Part shown: in pieces, positions 1 to 12,467 of the stretch | Layout of the letters: every line of letters starts with the position of its first letter | Position numbering within the stretch: the first letter of the stretch is position 1 | Assembly (NCBI GenBank): GCA_018398765.1 | Contig: JAHBMJ010000375.1 | Coordinates: 1-49,346, forward strand | Length of the DNA: 49,346 nt | Reading direction: 5' to 3' | Origin: Chromera velia | Taxonomy: Eukaryota | Made by a program: the position numbers and the translations under genes | The notes under the pieces: generated by a model | Databases searched by the model: none | The model's input: only the letters and a program-made list of their open reading frames with translations | What the model was told of the DNA's origin: nothing

Positions 1-527
1 TGGCCCGACGGGTCAAAAGATTGTCTAGGATAGACCGCCTCCCCATAGCCAAATTCAAGGGCAAGGGTATATATAGGGCTCGCGATCCATTTTTTTAGCG
101 CCGGCCGAGGCTGCATGCGTCAATTAAATTGCCGTCTCGCAAAAATTTCGCAGGTTCAGAGCTATATATAGATCTTCGGACTCAGTGCTTCAGAGAGACT
201 CAGAGGCCCCTCTTCCGATTTGGTAAACCGGTTTTGACAGCGGCATTTATACGCACTTTTCTTGCTGTCCTCCCGTCCGACCGTCTCGACATTCGGTCGT
301 TTTGTCATCGATCGCTGAGTTGGATTTGGTGGAGATTTGGGTGACCGGACCCACTCAGAATACAGATTCTCCGCAGTTCTTGTTTTCCGGCAAGGTTTTT
401 TTTCTTTGCCCTTTCAGTTCCTGCTGCCCTCTTTGACACTACTTATTTCCCTTTTTCAGAGAGTATTCAAAGGTCATTTTGTCCGCTTTTGACAGCCAAC
501 TTGTCGGTTTCGAATTGTTCTCTCACC

Positions 528-1661
528 ATGTCCGAAAACGGAGACGTGGAAATGCACGACGCCTCTGCCCCTCGTGCCGAGGCGGCCGCAGCAGCAGCAG
601 CAGCGAATCCGAAGGGCACCGTGATTGGGGGGCAGAGTGTCTTGCCATGGGTGGAAAAGTACAGGCCCCAAAAGCTTGACGACCTGATTGCTCATCATGA
701 TATCATCGCAACCATTCAGCGCTTTATCAATCAGAACAAACTCCCCCACACCCTCTTTCACGGTCCCCCCGGGACCGGAAAGACCTCCACCATTCTCGCC
801 TGTGCAAAGGGAATGTACGGCCCTAAATTTGGCTCCATGGTTCTGGAGTTGAACGCCTCCGACGCCAGAGGTATCGATGTCGTTCGAGAGCAGATCCGCA
901 CTTTTGTGCAAGCCCGCCAGCTGTTTTCCACAGGGATCAAGTTGGTGGTCCTCGATGAGGCAGACAGCATGACAAGTGCCGCACAGTTCGCACTCCGCCG
1001 TATCATGGAGCAGTATTCCTCTAACGCCCGCTTCTGCATCATCTGCAACTACGTCAACAAAATCATTCCCGCACTGCAGTCGCGATGCACCAAGTTCCGT
1101 TTTGGTCCCTTGGGGGACTCAGACGTTCGTGGGCGTGCAAAGGAGATTGCTGCAAGCGAGCAGCTGAGTCTCACAGACGATGGCCTCGAGGCGCTTGTCA
1201 CCCTCGGAAGGGGTGACATGCGGCGTGTGTTGAACATCATGCAGTCGTGCTCGATGGCGTTTGACGAAGTGTCTGCCGAGTCTGTGTACATGACCACAGG
1301 CACCCCACTGCCCTCCGACATTGACGAGGCATTCAGTGTCCTCATCACAGACGGCGTGGAGGAGGCGTTCTTGAAGATGGACGCCCTGAGAATCTCGAAA
1401 GGGTACGCGGTGGTCGATCTGATCACCGGTCTGTTTGCACGTGCCAAAGTGGTCAAGTGGCCCACTGCTGCACTGTCCATGTTGATGGGCCGGTTGGCAG
1501 ACGCAGAGTACCGCCTCTCCCTGGGGTGCTCTGAAAAGGTGCAGCTGGGGGCTGTCGTGGGGGGGTTTGCAGAAGCGAGGGCAGTCCTTGAGAGGGGAAA
1601 GGGGGCGCAGGCAGCAGCAGCTGCTGCTGCGTCAGGCCAGCAACAGCAGGCGCAGGGGTAG
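528..1661 (+). CDS. RFC5: Replication factor C small subunit (human RFC5 / yeast Rfc3 type), AAA+ clamp loader; coding region has no intron
   Basis: ATG at 528 (MSENGD...). RFC motifs LPWVEKYRP, Walker A GPPGTGKT, LELNASD, Walker B LDEAD, AQFALRR and the SRC motif (ALQSRC) are all present. The N-terminal part closely matches the RFC5-type pattern PWVEKYRPxxLxDLIxHxDI. Confidence 0.95.
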   Translation: MSENGDVEMHDASAPRAEAAAAAAAANPKGTVIGGQSVLPWVEKYRPQKLDDLIAHHDIIATIQRFINQNKLPHTLFHGPPGTGKTSTILACAKGMYGPKFGSMVLELNASDARGIDVVREQIRTFVQARQLFSTGIKLVVLDEADSMTSAAQFALRRIMEQYSSNARFCIICNYVNKIIPALQSRCTKFRFGPLGDSDVRGRAKEIAASEQLSLTDDGLEALVTLGRGDMRRVLNIMQSCSMAFDEVSAESVYMTTGTPLPSDIDEAFSVLITDGVEEAFLKMDALRISKGYAVVDLITGLFARAKVVKWPTAALSMLMGRLADAEYRLSLGCSEKVQLGAVVGGFAEARAVLERGKGAQAAAAAAASGQQQQAQG

Positions 1662-3094
1662 GCTGCGAAGTGAGGGGGGGAAAAGGGATGTCTGAGAAGA
1701 CAGGGGGGGTACGAGGGCCGCACAGGATTTGGGGTTTGTCCGAGGAACGGAGGGGGTGAGCGAGAGAGGAGATACACAAGGGAGGGTGAGGGCGTGTTTG
1801 TGCTTCACTCATTTGTCCCCCCCTTCCTTTATCTCCACTCGTGTGATAGGACACGAGTCTCTTTCTGTTTCTGGTTCTTGTGACAGCAAGTGAGCAAGTG
1901 GGTGGGGGCGCAGATCGACTCATGAGAAGCAGTATCTCCTTCCACATTACCCTTCTTTCCTTCGCTTCTTGCGTGTGTCCGACAGCGGCCGATAAATGTA
2001 AAAGATTTATCACTCACACCGTCTGACATTCACACTGACTCTCACACATACATGCACACATCTGTGCCCTCGCGCGCACAGATGCCGGACGACTCACCAT
2101 GAGGTCTATGTGTGATTCTTCCCGATGGTGGTTGCTCCTTCCTTCCTCCCTCCCATCCATCCATCAGTCCGATCGTCCATGTTGTTCTCAGTCTGTCTGT
2201 CCGTAGACCTGCACGTGCGTGTTAACACTTGGAGATGCGTGCTGAAGGAATGTACATGCATGCATGTATGCATGTTCGGCCACTCCAGCGGCCACTAATG
2301 GCTTGAAAAAGACTCGATCGGCGTGCTTATAAAGCGAAAATTCATTGAATTCCATCCGTGGGCGCCGCGCACCCGTCTACATGCTGAAAAAAGTGTCAGA
2401 CTTCTTTCATGTTAATCGCAATGAACTGCCAGTGTTCATAATGGCTGCATGTGAGACGGCGCGTAACGTGGCATCATGTCAACTTAACTTGTGAATATAA
2501 TGAAATAGTTCATGGTTATCAATCGGGGTCTGCCTCTGCGCAGCGTATAACAAACATGGCCAGCCTAGTGGCCAGCCTATACCAGCCCTCCCTAGATATG
2601 TTCGACATATATATCGCCGCCTAACACGCCGCATATATACTTATTGGTCCGTTTTGTGCATATTGGCGTTCTCTTAGTAGTTACTTAAATATCTAGTCCT
2701 GGAACTAGCCAGGGATTTAATAAAATTTTGAATAAAAACATTCAAACAAGCATAAGTGATAAATTATAAGTGATTGATTGGTACAGCCAGTAACCATGGT
2801 GCTAATTGATACCTTATATAGGATACTAGATACAATATATATAAAATTATACAAATAAGAGCAGCAGACTTCAATTCATCAATCATGTTGCATGCAGTAA
2901 TTGAATCAAAATCATGCAGACTTTCATACTTGGAAAAAACAATCTAAAGCCTGAAAGCCTTCAAAACTCTCAGTTAATTTCTGTGTCTTTAACCGTTCAA
3001 AAAAAATATTGTAGCAAAAATAAGAATAATTATAATTTATGTAAAAATTCAGACACAAGCTTGTACGTCACGACTTCAAAGTGTATGTCCATAT

Positions 3095-4438
3095 CTACCA
3101 CCTATGGACAAATAAATGCTTTAAAAAAATTGAAAAAATTCTCAAAGACTCTAGACAGAATCTTAAAAACCGCTATCTACCTGGTTGCATCATGCGGGGT
3201 CCAAAATTCTAGAAAACTTAGGTAGACTAGCAAAGTGCCTCTTTGACTAGGAGAAACGGTCAAATAATTAAAGTTTTTTTTTGGAAAAAAAAGTTAAGTT
3301 TTTTGAATTTTTTTTTTCAATATAGCGTGTTCTACCCAGATTTTATCCCTATTTTACATATACAAAAAAATATGTTTTATTGTTGAGACTCGTTTTTTAA
3401 TAACTTTGAAGCATGACTAAGGCTCATGCCTAGTTGAGAAGCATGTGAACAATAAAGGTCTGAATTCATTTGTCCACAGGCGGAACATTTCAGAAAAATC
3501 CAGAATTTTTTAAAAAAAGCTTTCGCATTTTATCTTTTTTAGCTAATGCACGGTTAATCTCAGGTTGCTAAACTAATATCACAGCCTTTTGCTAGTACAG
3601 ATTTAAGTATTATGAACTTAGAGTTATATCACTTCTGTATGATAGGAAAAAGTGATGCAAAAGTGTAAAATAAAATTGCCGAATCTGAAAACAAATCAAT
3701 CACGGCATAAAAGCGGTTTAGAATCAAAAAGATTTAACAATTCTTATGTAAAACCAAATCTTTACTCTCTTTTTGTCATAGCACTTTTGATGAGTCTAAC
3801 GTTTTACTTAACGGAAGTGATACTAAAGGTGGGGGTCAAACATGGAATTGTATGGTATGTATCAATTGAACAAACTTTTTTAAAAGTTCAAAGACATGCA
3901 GCGTAGCAGTAATTAGAGCTGATCAGCTTTGATTCTCAGAATAGTTGGCTCCTCTAAAAGCTATTCAAAATAAATAATCAGATACTAGGCTTGTATACCT
4001 ATTTATTCTGCTAGACTTTTTTTAAAAAAATGAGGTTCCGCCTGTGGACAAATGAATGCTTAAAAAAAATTGAAAAAATTCTCAAAGACTCTAGACAAAA
4101 TCTTAAAAACCACTATCTACCATAGTGTCTACCTGGTTGCATCATGCGGGGTCCAAAATTCTAGAAAACTTAAGTAGACTAGCAAAGTGCCTCTTTAACT
4201 AGGAGAAACGGTCAAATAATTGAAGATTTTTTTTCAGAAAAAAAAGTTAAGTTTTTTGAATTTTTTTTTTCAATATAGCGTGTTCTGCCGAGATTTTATC
4301 CCTATTTTACATATACAAAAAAATATGTCTTATTGTTGAGACTCGTTTTTTAATAAGCATGACTAGGGCTCATGCCTAGTTGAGAAGCATGCGAACAATA
4401 AAGGTCTGAATTCATTTGTCCACACTGTCAGGCGGTAG
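3095..4438. mobile_element. Non-autonomous composite TIR element: two ~390-bp direct repeats (3095-3486, 4035-4438) flanking a ~550-bp core
   Basis: The motif CCGCCTGTGGACAAATGAA occurs 4 times in alternating orientation (3095>, <3486, 4035>, <4438). The outer ends read CTACC...GGTAG. Flanks GTCCATAT (3087-3094) and GTCCATGC (4439-4446) look like a decayed 8-bp TSD. AT-rich, with no credible ORF. Confidence 0.75.
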
Positions 4439-4569
4439 GTCCATGCATGATCTTTGCATATGAGAATTAGTCTTCCATTGGTCTTCGATCCCAATTAAAC
4501 CAGTTCCTAAGTCATGTAAAAAAAATACGTAAAAAAAAACATTAAAATGACGAAACTTCTAAGCGAAAT

Positions 4570-7500
4570 TCATTCCCACCATGGCACGCTTGAGTTTGCG
4601 GTCTCGTTTCCACCCTGTCCGTTCACGGCGGTGGGTACGCCATCCGTGTCCTTCTTACAACTTCTTTCTGTGCCTGTAGCGTCGGAAAAGTCTTCTGAAT
4701 GTCCAGACTCTGATCTTGCTCCAGCTTCTTCCTTGACTGAATCACTCCACCCATCTGACCCGCCTTCCAAAGAGATCATCCTATGATCTCGGGGCGCTGG
4801 GAGGAATTCAAATCCGTTCATGTTCTCTGTTTTTCTAGGGTGATCGGAGGAAAATGATGCCGCGAGTGCGTGTGAAGCTGTGTCAATCACAGAGGGCTGT
4901 GTGGGTTTCGCTTGTTCTTTTTCTTTTTCTCCCCCCTGTCGTGCGTCGGTTCCCTGGCTTCCTGCAAATCCCTTCTCTTCAGATATTCCCGCATCAAGAA
5001 GAGACAGGGGGTCCACCTTCGTGGTACTGCTTCTTTCCCCGGGTTTTTGGAGACTTCCCGAACCTGTCAAACCTCCTGTGAGTGCGCCGCCAAAGCTCAG
5101 ACCTTCAAGAGCCTTGGTCAGATCGTCAGAGGAGTCTGCTGATTCCTCTGAATCAGACGAGGTGTCCTCTTTCTTCTCTGCAGCCGAATGTTTGTCTGTT
5201 TCTCCTTCTTTCGCCTCTGCATAGGGTTTTGCAGAGACAGGAAAAGATGCTCCTGCAGAAGTGGAGGCGGGTTTGTCTTTCTCCTTTTGATTGTCTGCAG
5301 CTGCAGAGGGGCGAGAGGAGTCGGAACTCGACTCAGACTCAGACTCGGCAGAGGCGTTGCCGTCAGTGCCGGAGGGCTGCAGTGCTGTCTCGTCAAAGGG
5401 CAAGTCGAGGGTCGGAATGGAGGGAGCTGGCTGGTGGGCTGAACGAGGAGAAGACTCTTTGGCTTTTGCTGTGACTGCATCAGGCGCTGGTGAAGACGTC
5501 TCTAGCTGCTCTTGCTTGTTCTCCACTAGATCAGACCGGCCTTTTATTCCTTGACCTTCTGTTGGCTTCGCAGACATTGAACTTTCCTGCGAGCCTTCAT
5601 TTGAGGGCTGTTGTGGATTGCCCTGCTTTTCCGGAGCTTCTGTGTGCTTCCCCGCTGCAGGTGCACCCTCATCGGCCCTTACTGAGGCTTGTTGCTGCTG
5701 CTGCGGCTGTGCAGATGTGAGAGCAGTGGGCTCACTTTGGTCTTCCTCGGATGAATCTGAACTGTGAGGCTCTGATCCGGCTTCACTGTCGGTGTTGGAA
5801 CTTTTGTGTGTGTCTGGCTTCTCAGTTCCTCCTTTCTGTTTGGATGAGCCTGAAGCAGCTGTGACATGTCCTGGTTCCTTCATGTCTCCTTCCTGTGCCT
5901 CTGCTTTGTCTGTCTTGTCAGCTGTTGGGCTCTTAGCAGGAGCAGGAGCAGAGGCAGAGGCAGGCACAGGGGCAGGGGCAGGAAAAGAGGCAGAGGCGGA
6001 GGGAGACGGGCTTTTCTCAGTCGGGCGGGAAGCGGCAGAGGCAGACGAAGCGCTTCTTTTGGGGGGTGGGGGAGGCGCAGATTTTGATGCTGTGAGTGAG
6101 CCTCTTTTGGGGGGTGGAGGGGGAACGGAGGCGGAGGAACTTCGTTTTGGGGGAGGAGGAAGCACAGTACCAGACGCGCTCTTCTTGGGGGGAGGGGGGG
6201 GCACAGAGGAAGAGGAGGCTCTCTGGGGGGGGCGGGGGGGCGCAGAGGATGACGCTGAGGCAGTGACTGAAGCTGCGGAGGGTTTTTCGGGTTGGGGGGG
6301 AGGGGCGGAGGGGGATGAAGTGGGTGCGTCGACTGCAGCAGAAGGCTTCGGATTTCCTTGGGACACCCGCTTTTCCTCCGTGGGTTTTTCTGCTTCTTTT
6401 GGGGGTGCAGCTGTTTTGGGAGTGTCTCCATCATCAGAATGGTGAGAGGATTGGAATGAGGACGAAGATCCTTGTGACAGGGGGGAGGAAGCGGAAGAAG
6501 CCTTCAGTCCAACAGCATTTGGGTCTGTGCCGAGGAAACTTGCAAGATAACGATGGCGAGGGGACACACGCTTATCGCCATCCTTGTCCCCCTCTTTCTC
6601 TTTGCCTTGCTCTCTCTTAGCCCCCCCCCTTTCCTGTCCCCTCTCTGATATGGCTTCCTCAAAGGAGGAAGTGTCAGATTCATCACTGAGACTCTCCTCC
6701 TCCGCTCGGGCCTTTCTTGGAGCTGTGGATGGCTCCGGCAGGGGTGCAACATCTCCAATGAAACTTTTCAAGTTACGTCTGGGGGCCTCTTCGTACTTTT
6801 CCTCTTCTTCACTCATGTCGGAGGGGCTCTTTGAAGATTCGCTCTCGTCTGAGCTGTCTCTGCTGAGGGAAGTCATGTGGCCAGGACCAATGAAGCTCTG
6901 CAGATTGCGGTGACGCTGTCGGGGGTCTGCACGCAGGTCCTCTTCGTCGTCTTCGGCACCACGGGGGGGTATGGAGAGGGGAAGGGTGGACGTTGCTTCT
7001 TCTGGCTCTGCAAACCGAATGCTCTTTCGGGAGGGCTCTGCCTCCATTCTTTTGCCTTCAGTGCTCGTTCTCTGAGCATGCAGAGTGACTTCATTCTCCA
7101 TTTTTGTGTTTTGACTTCTGCGTTCTCTCTTGGAGGGCGTGGCCTGTTCGTCGTCTGAACTTTCAAACCAGTCGACCGTCTCTTTCTCTCTCTCGGGCTC
7201 GAACCAGTCAGCTGGGGCTCTCTGGATTCTAGTATCCCTCCAAGCTGGTTTGGAGGTTTCTTTTTCTGTAGGCCTCTGCTTGTCTTCTGATGGCATGAAA
7301 CGAACTTCCTCGGGGGAGTCGTCTTCAAGGATGACTGGGGTTTCGCTGGGGGGGTCCAGCGTGTTGTCTTGAATATTCAAATCCAAAAGTGTTGCAGTGT
7401 TGCGAGGATGCGTGGCTGTAAGAAGGGGCAGGCGGTGCTTGCTCCCGTGCTCTGTCTGCATTCGATGCCGAAGTTCCTTGAAGCACTCGGTGAAATGATG

Positions 7501-10500
7501 AAAGAGAAAGAGAAGAAGAAAGCTGCGCGACACGACCTGGCCCGCCTGCCTGGTCTCATGGAGAAGAAGAGGGGAGGGGAAATCGAAGTAGCTGCAGGCA
7601 CACACCAGTAAGGCGAGGCACAACGGCTTTTTTGTTTTCCAGATAAGAAGTGATGAGGAAAAAGAACGACATCCAGCGAAAAACTGTGAACATCCAGCTC
7701 TTTTTACAAGCAGAGTACATAACCTTTCATAGCTGTTGTGCTGCTTTGATTTCCTTAACAAATGTTTTTCTTTGAAGAATCCATCCGAACCGACCTCGCA
7801 ACAATTTGAAGAGAGTCCCGCATGTCCTCGATGGCCTCTCCAAGACGAGTGAGACTCCTCTCAGCCTCCCCAGCCAACTCACGAAGACGACGCCACTGCA
7901 CGACAATGGTTGAAAGCAAGCTCGTTACACATGTATCCGCCTTGCAGAATGTGTGTAACATGTAGCAAAATGACAAAAGATGAAGCAGCTTCATGACAAG
8001 AAAGTCAGGCGACAGACTGACGTAACCACTTCCTCTGTGATACCGACACATGCGACTTTGTTTTTGTTGTGCTGCTGCATGGGCAGACAGACCATGAGAG
8101 ACAGCTATCCATCCCCACATGTACAGGATTCACAAAATGAACATGGAAAAGTACTTCACTCATTGACTCCATATTTTTCCTCTGCTCACCCCTTTGTCCG
8201 TCTCGACGTGTGCAGGGTTCTTCCCTCCCCTCATTCGTCTCTCCCTGTCTCGGGCCTGTACTTCTGCCCGTGCTCTGTTGGCCTCTTCTTCCAGCCGCTC
8301 CTTCTCCTTCTCCAAAGCGTCGAGGTCGGCTTCTCTGGTTCTCACTTCTGCCAGTGCAGAGAGGTCTTCGGGGAAGGTGAGAAGCTCAGCAGAGTGCGCA
8401 TCTCTCTCCGCGAGGGCCTGCAAGACAAAGTGAACCAAAACGAAGCAAATTGACAGGGAGAGGAGAAAGGGAAATATCATACGGGACGAAAAAGGGGGGA
8501 GAAGAAGAGCATGAACAGGGAAAAAACAGCGTAGTCACAAACACGCTGGGTTGGATTGATTGGCTGACTGACTGACTGACGTTCACAGCATCATAGAGGG
8601 GCACCCCCCCGTCCCTGTCGACAAGAGCGTGTAGTTCTCCAACGAGGAAGCCTGCACTTGGGCGGTCTGATGCTGCACCTTCCCGTTTTGCCCCCTTTTT
8701 TGGTTTCTCCTCGTACTTCCGTTTTCCCAAAATTGCACGTCCAAAGTACTTGAATCGAGACGACTCGCACAGCTGCTTGCAGGCAACTCTCACGAGCAGC
8801 ACGCGCCTGTGCTCCTTCGCGACTGCCTCCTCCAGTCGGAAGTAAAAATTTCGGGTTTCGACGAGAAAGGACCCATCGGGAATGAGTCGACGTAAAATGA
8901 AAGACAGTTGACAGGCGTCATCTACAGTCTCTAGGGGCGCCTCTACAGCCCCCCTCTCCCCCTGCCTGAACCTTCTGGCCTCCCTCTCCAAGTTCCTCTC
9001 TACCCACTCTGCCTCTTCTTCTGTTGGAAAGAGTCCGCAAAGGGCATCCACACGTTCGCGTGAGAGAACCTGAAGGCAAAAGAAAAGAAAAGAAAAGCCG
9101 ATATCCGAAATGGGAAAATTTTGCTTTTTCTTGCGCCAAATTCTGACTGAGCCCGTGCATGAATACAGTGAGCAAAGTTTCAGGCCCAAACAAAACACAC
9201 GTCACCAGTACCCTCATACACGTAGCGACCCCCAAAAAAGTGAGGAAACATTCATAGGGCCTCATCACCGAGTCACAAAACAAACATACAACAACGGATT
9301 CCCCCCCCACTCGCTCCACTTTTCCTCTTTTCCCCACCATTTCCCTGATAGGCAGACAGACTATATTTTGCTTCTTCTCCCTTGTTTTCTTCATGAACAC
9401 AGCAGACAAACAGACAGACAGACAGGCAGACTGGCTGACATTCTCGTCCAACGCCCCGACAGCTTCACAGAGGCCCTTCACAGTTTGATCTCTCATGCGA
9501 GGCACCAGACACCGCATCCTCCGAGCTCTCTCAAAGCCAACGAGAGAGTCCAGTTCGCGTTTTCTCTGAAGAAGGGAAAAAGAACGGGGAATAACAAAGC
9601 AAATCGGGAAGCTCAAAGCAAAGACAGTGCGCATGGATGAGAGCATATACAGAGTCGTGGAGGAACACAGAAAAGAGCGAATGAAGCAAGCAAGGAAAGA
9701 AGGGAGGAAGGAAGGAAGGAAGGAAGGAAAGAAGGATGAAAAGAAAGAAAGAAAGAAAGAAAGAAAGAATCAAAGAAGGAAGGGGGGAGAAAACGTTCAG
9801 ATTCTGTTGGAAGGGGGGATCGACGGCACCATCATGCAGATAATTGATTGGCTTAAACACAAATCAATTTGCAAGCATGCTGTGTGAACAAGGTTGGTAG
9901 AAATCAAAGAGGATTACACAACTGATGGGGAACCACAGATGGCCCTCGGGGTCTTTCTGGAAGAAAACACAAGAGAGACCGACCCCATCGTCGTGAACGT
10001 CTTTTCCGCTGTCCTCATCGATTCCCCTCCATCCTCCTCCTCCTCCTCCTCCTCCTCCTCCTCCTCCTCCTTCCTCTTCCCCCAAAATTGGCTGTCTAGA
10101 CGGCTCTTTCGCCCCTTCTCCCTTCACGCCTGCCGTTCCCTGTACAGAAGACTTCATCGTACCTCCTTTCTTCATGCTGCTGTGCTTCGGCTTCTCAGGC
10201 GAAGAGCTTCTGGACTGGTGCTGAGGATATACGCTCTCGGCAGCGGTGAGGCTGCTTCTGTTTCTGCTGCGGGCAGAGGAGAGACTTTGACGATTAGCAT
10301 CGCTGTGCATGCTGACCGAAGCAGAGGAAACGCGATGGTCCACTGCAATGGTCTCAAACAGCGCGGCCTCTCCTTGGAAGGCCCCAGTGGCACCGTTCCT
10401 AGAGACCGTTTGCTGGGCGTTGTGACTCTGGAGGGGTTTGGGGTCATCCCATGGGTCTTCTTCTTCTCTCTCCTCAACTTTCTCTGTCTCTCGGTCTCTC

Positions 10501-12394
10501 TGCGTTTCTGAGACATCCGATCGATGCGCATGCGCAGACTCTCCCTCTTTCTTTTTGGCTTCTTGGATTCCAGTCTGGAAGGACAAAGACTTGGTTGCAG
10601 TCAAAGACAAACGCTGAAACCCTCCTGTTCGCTTTCCAGATGCTGTGTGGTCACTTTGAGGACCTGCGTCGGGCACGGTGTCTCCGTCTGGCCCGTCACC
10701 AAACGTGAGGGTGCGGGGACCCTGGCTGTGACTCACAGATGCGGCCTCACTCGTTCCTCCTCCCTGGTCGCTCTCGAGAGCTCTGAAGTGTTCTCCCGCG
10801 TCTCTGAGAACTGTGGCGGCTGTTCTCAGTGCACTTGGGGGAGGTCTGGGAGGAAATTCCCCTGAGGCTCCCTGCTGTCTGTTTGGGGGGGGCGGGGGCC
10901 TCCTAGCAAGAGCTGCCTGCTCAGAGATGTCCGCGGTGGGCCCGAGGGACCACGGCAGAACGGCCAGGAGACGGCCGGAAGATTCGTGAACCCGGACACT
11001 CCCTTGGAGGGCCTTCTGTGTGGGGTTGAAAGACACTGAAGGTCTCAGAGAAGCAGCAGACAACAGCAGTCTCCTCAAATCTCTTCGAGAGGCAGTGGGG
11101 AGAACGGCCTTTGTGCTCTTATCCACAACGAGACTCTCATCCAGTTCCCCTCCTGACTCATCCCCCACCAGCCCCCCCTCCACCTTCCCGTCCGCATCCT
11201 CATACAAGTCTTCTGTAGCATACCCCCGGGCCCTGGCTTCGGACTTCAAATCGCCAAAGGGGAGTGCCGGGTGGGGGGCAAACAGCTGTCTCTCCCCCAA
11301 CCGCAACACTGAGAGGATTTTATCCCTCGTGGAAGGATCGTCTATTTCGACTGGGAGGATAAAGGGAGCGTCACGGGGCCACCCAGCCTGGTCATGTAGA
11401 GGAGGTTCCCCCCCCCAGCTGGCGTCTTTCCACTTTAGGATAACGTTACTTGAAGGGACAAGGAAAGGAGGTTCCACTCCCCATTTTCTGAGGAGCTGGG
11501 AAGACTCTGGGTTCACCTCCGCATGCGGCAACCCGTCGGGGCTGTCAGCCTTTATCCCCATCCCCGTGTCCACTGATCTGAGGACCAGAGGCAACACCGC
11601 TCTCACCCCCACAGCCCCTGTTGCACCGATTGTTGCCGACAGGTGGGGTTCAGACCAGACAAGAAGGTCTCTGTTCCCACCACCTACAGGAGCCTCTGCA
11701 TGGACTGCAGAAGGCTGAAGAGCCTGAGACGCAGGGGCGCCCGTCTGCCCGAGTGCAGACGCGACCATGCGAGCAACGTCAACATCGGAAGCTGTGATTG
11801 TTCTCTCTAGTTCTTCAGGGAGTCTATGGGGACCTGTGCCCTTCAGACCTAGTCCTGGGAGGCCCGTTCTTGTAAGGAGAGAGGGGGGGGGACGCGATCC
11901 TGCCTTGAGGGAAGCAGCAACAGAGGGTGCGGTGAGTTTTCTAAGACTAGCGTCTTTTTGGAAAGCGAACTTTCCGACTGTGTCTGCCCCAAACGCGCGT
12001 GCGATTGCCTCTGCAGCTGTGTGATCTGCAGACAACGTTGGGGGGAGGGAGACACAGTCAGGTGAACACATTTTTGATACATCTATATGTGAGTGGACAG
12101 ACCACGGATCGAGGGACAGAATGGCACAAAATCAAAATGCTCTCAAGAGCCCTGACGACTAGATCAACTGCTGCCGCACTATTACGTGATTCAGCAGAGA
12201 AACACCACCAAGATAAGAAAAAAGACTCAGGTCACAAGACCGAAAGAACGTCACGCGATTGAAAACCATGCAAGAGCAAAGAAAAAGAGGAACGGAAAAG
12301 ATGGATAAGGACAAAACCTTTGTGCTTCCCCTGAGAGGGATCAAAACCACAAATGTTGCTGGAACTAACGTCATTTGAAGCCCTGCAGGGCGGA

Positions 12395-12430
<36 letters not shown>

Positions 12431-12435
12431 AAAAA

Positions 12436-12467
<32 letters not shown>

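Noticed and set aside
474..2013. Antisense and alternative-frame ORFs over RFC5, and the TTG start at 489
   Set aside because: These are shadow ORFs of a GC-rich gene. ATG 528 is the first true ATG in frame.
7592..7761. N-terminus of the 1063-aa ORF as a stand-alone gene with a signal/TM segment
   Set aside because: It lies within a GT-AG intron (7794-7592). Splicing restores an FH2-like QIVASYFDFP junction, so the ORF is a terminal exon.
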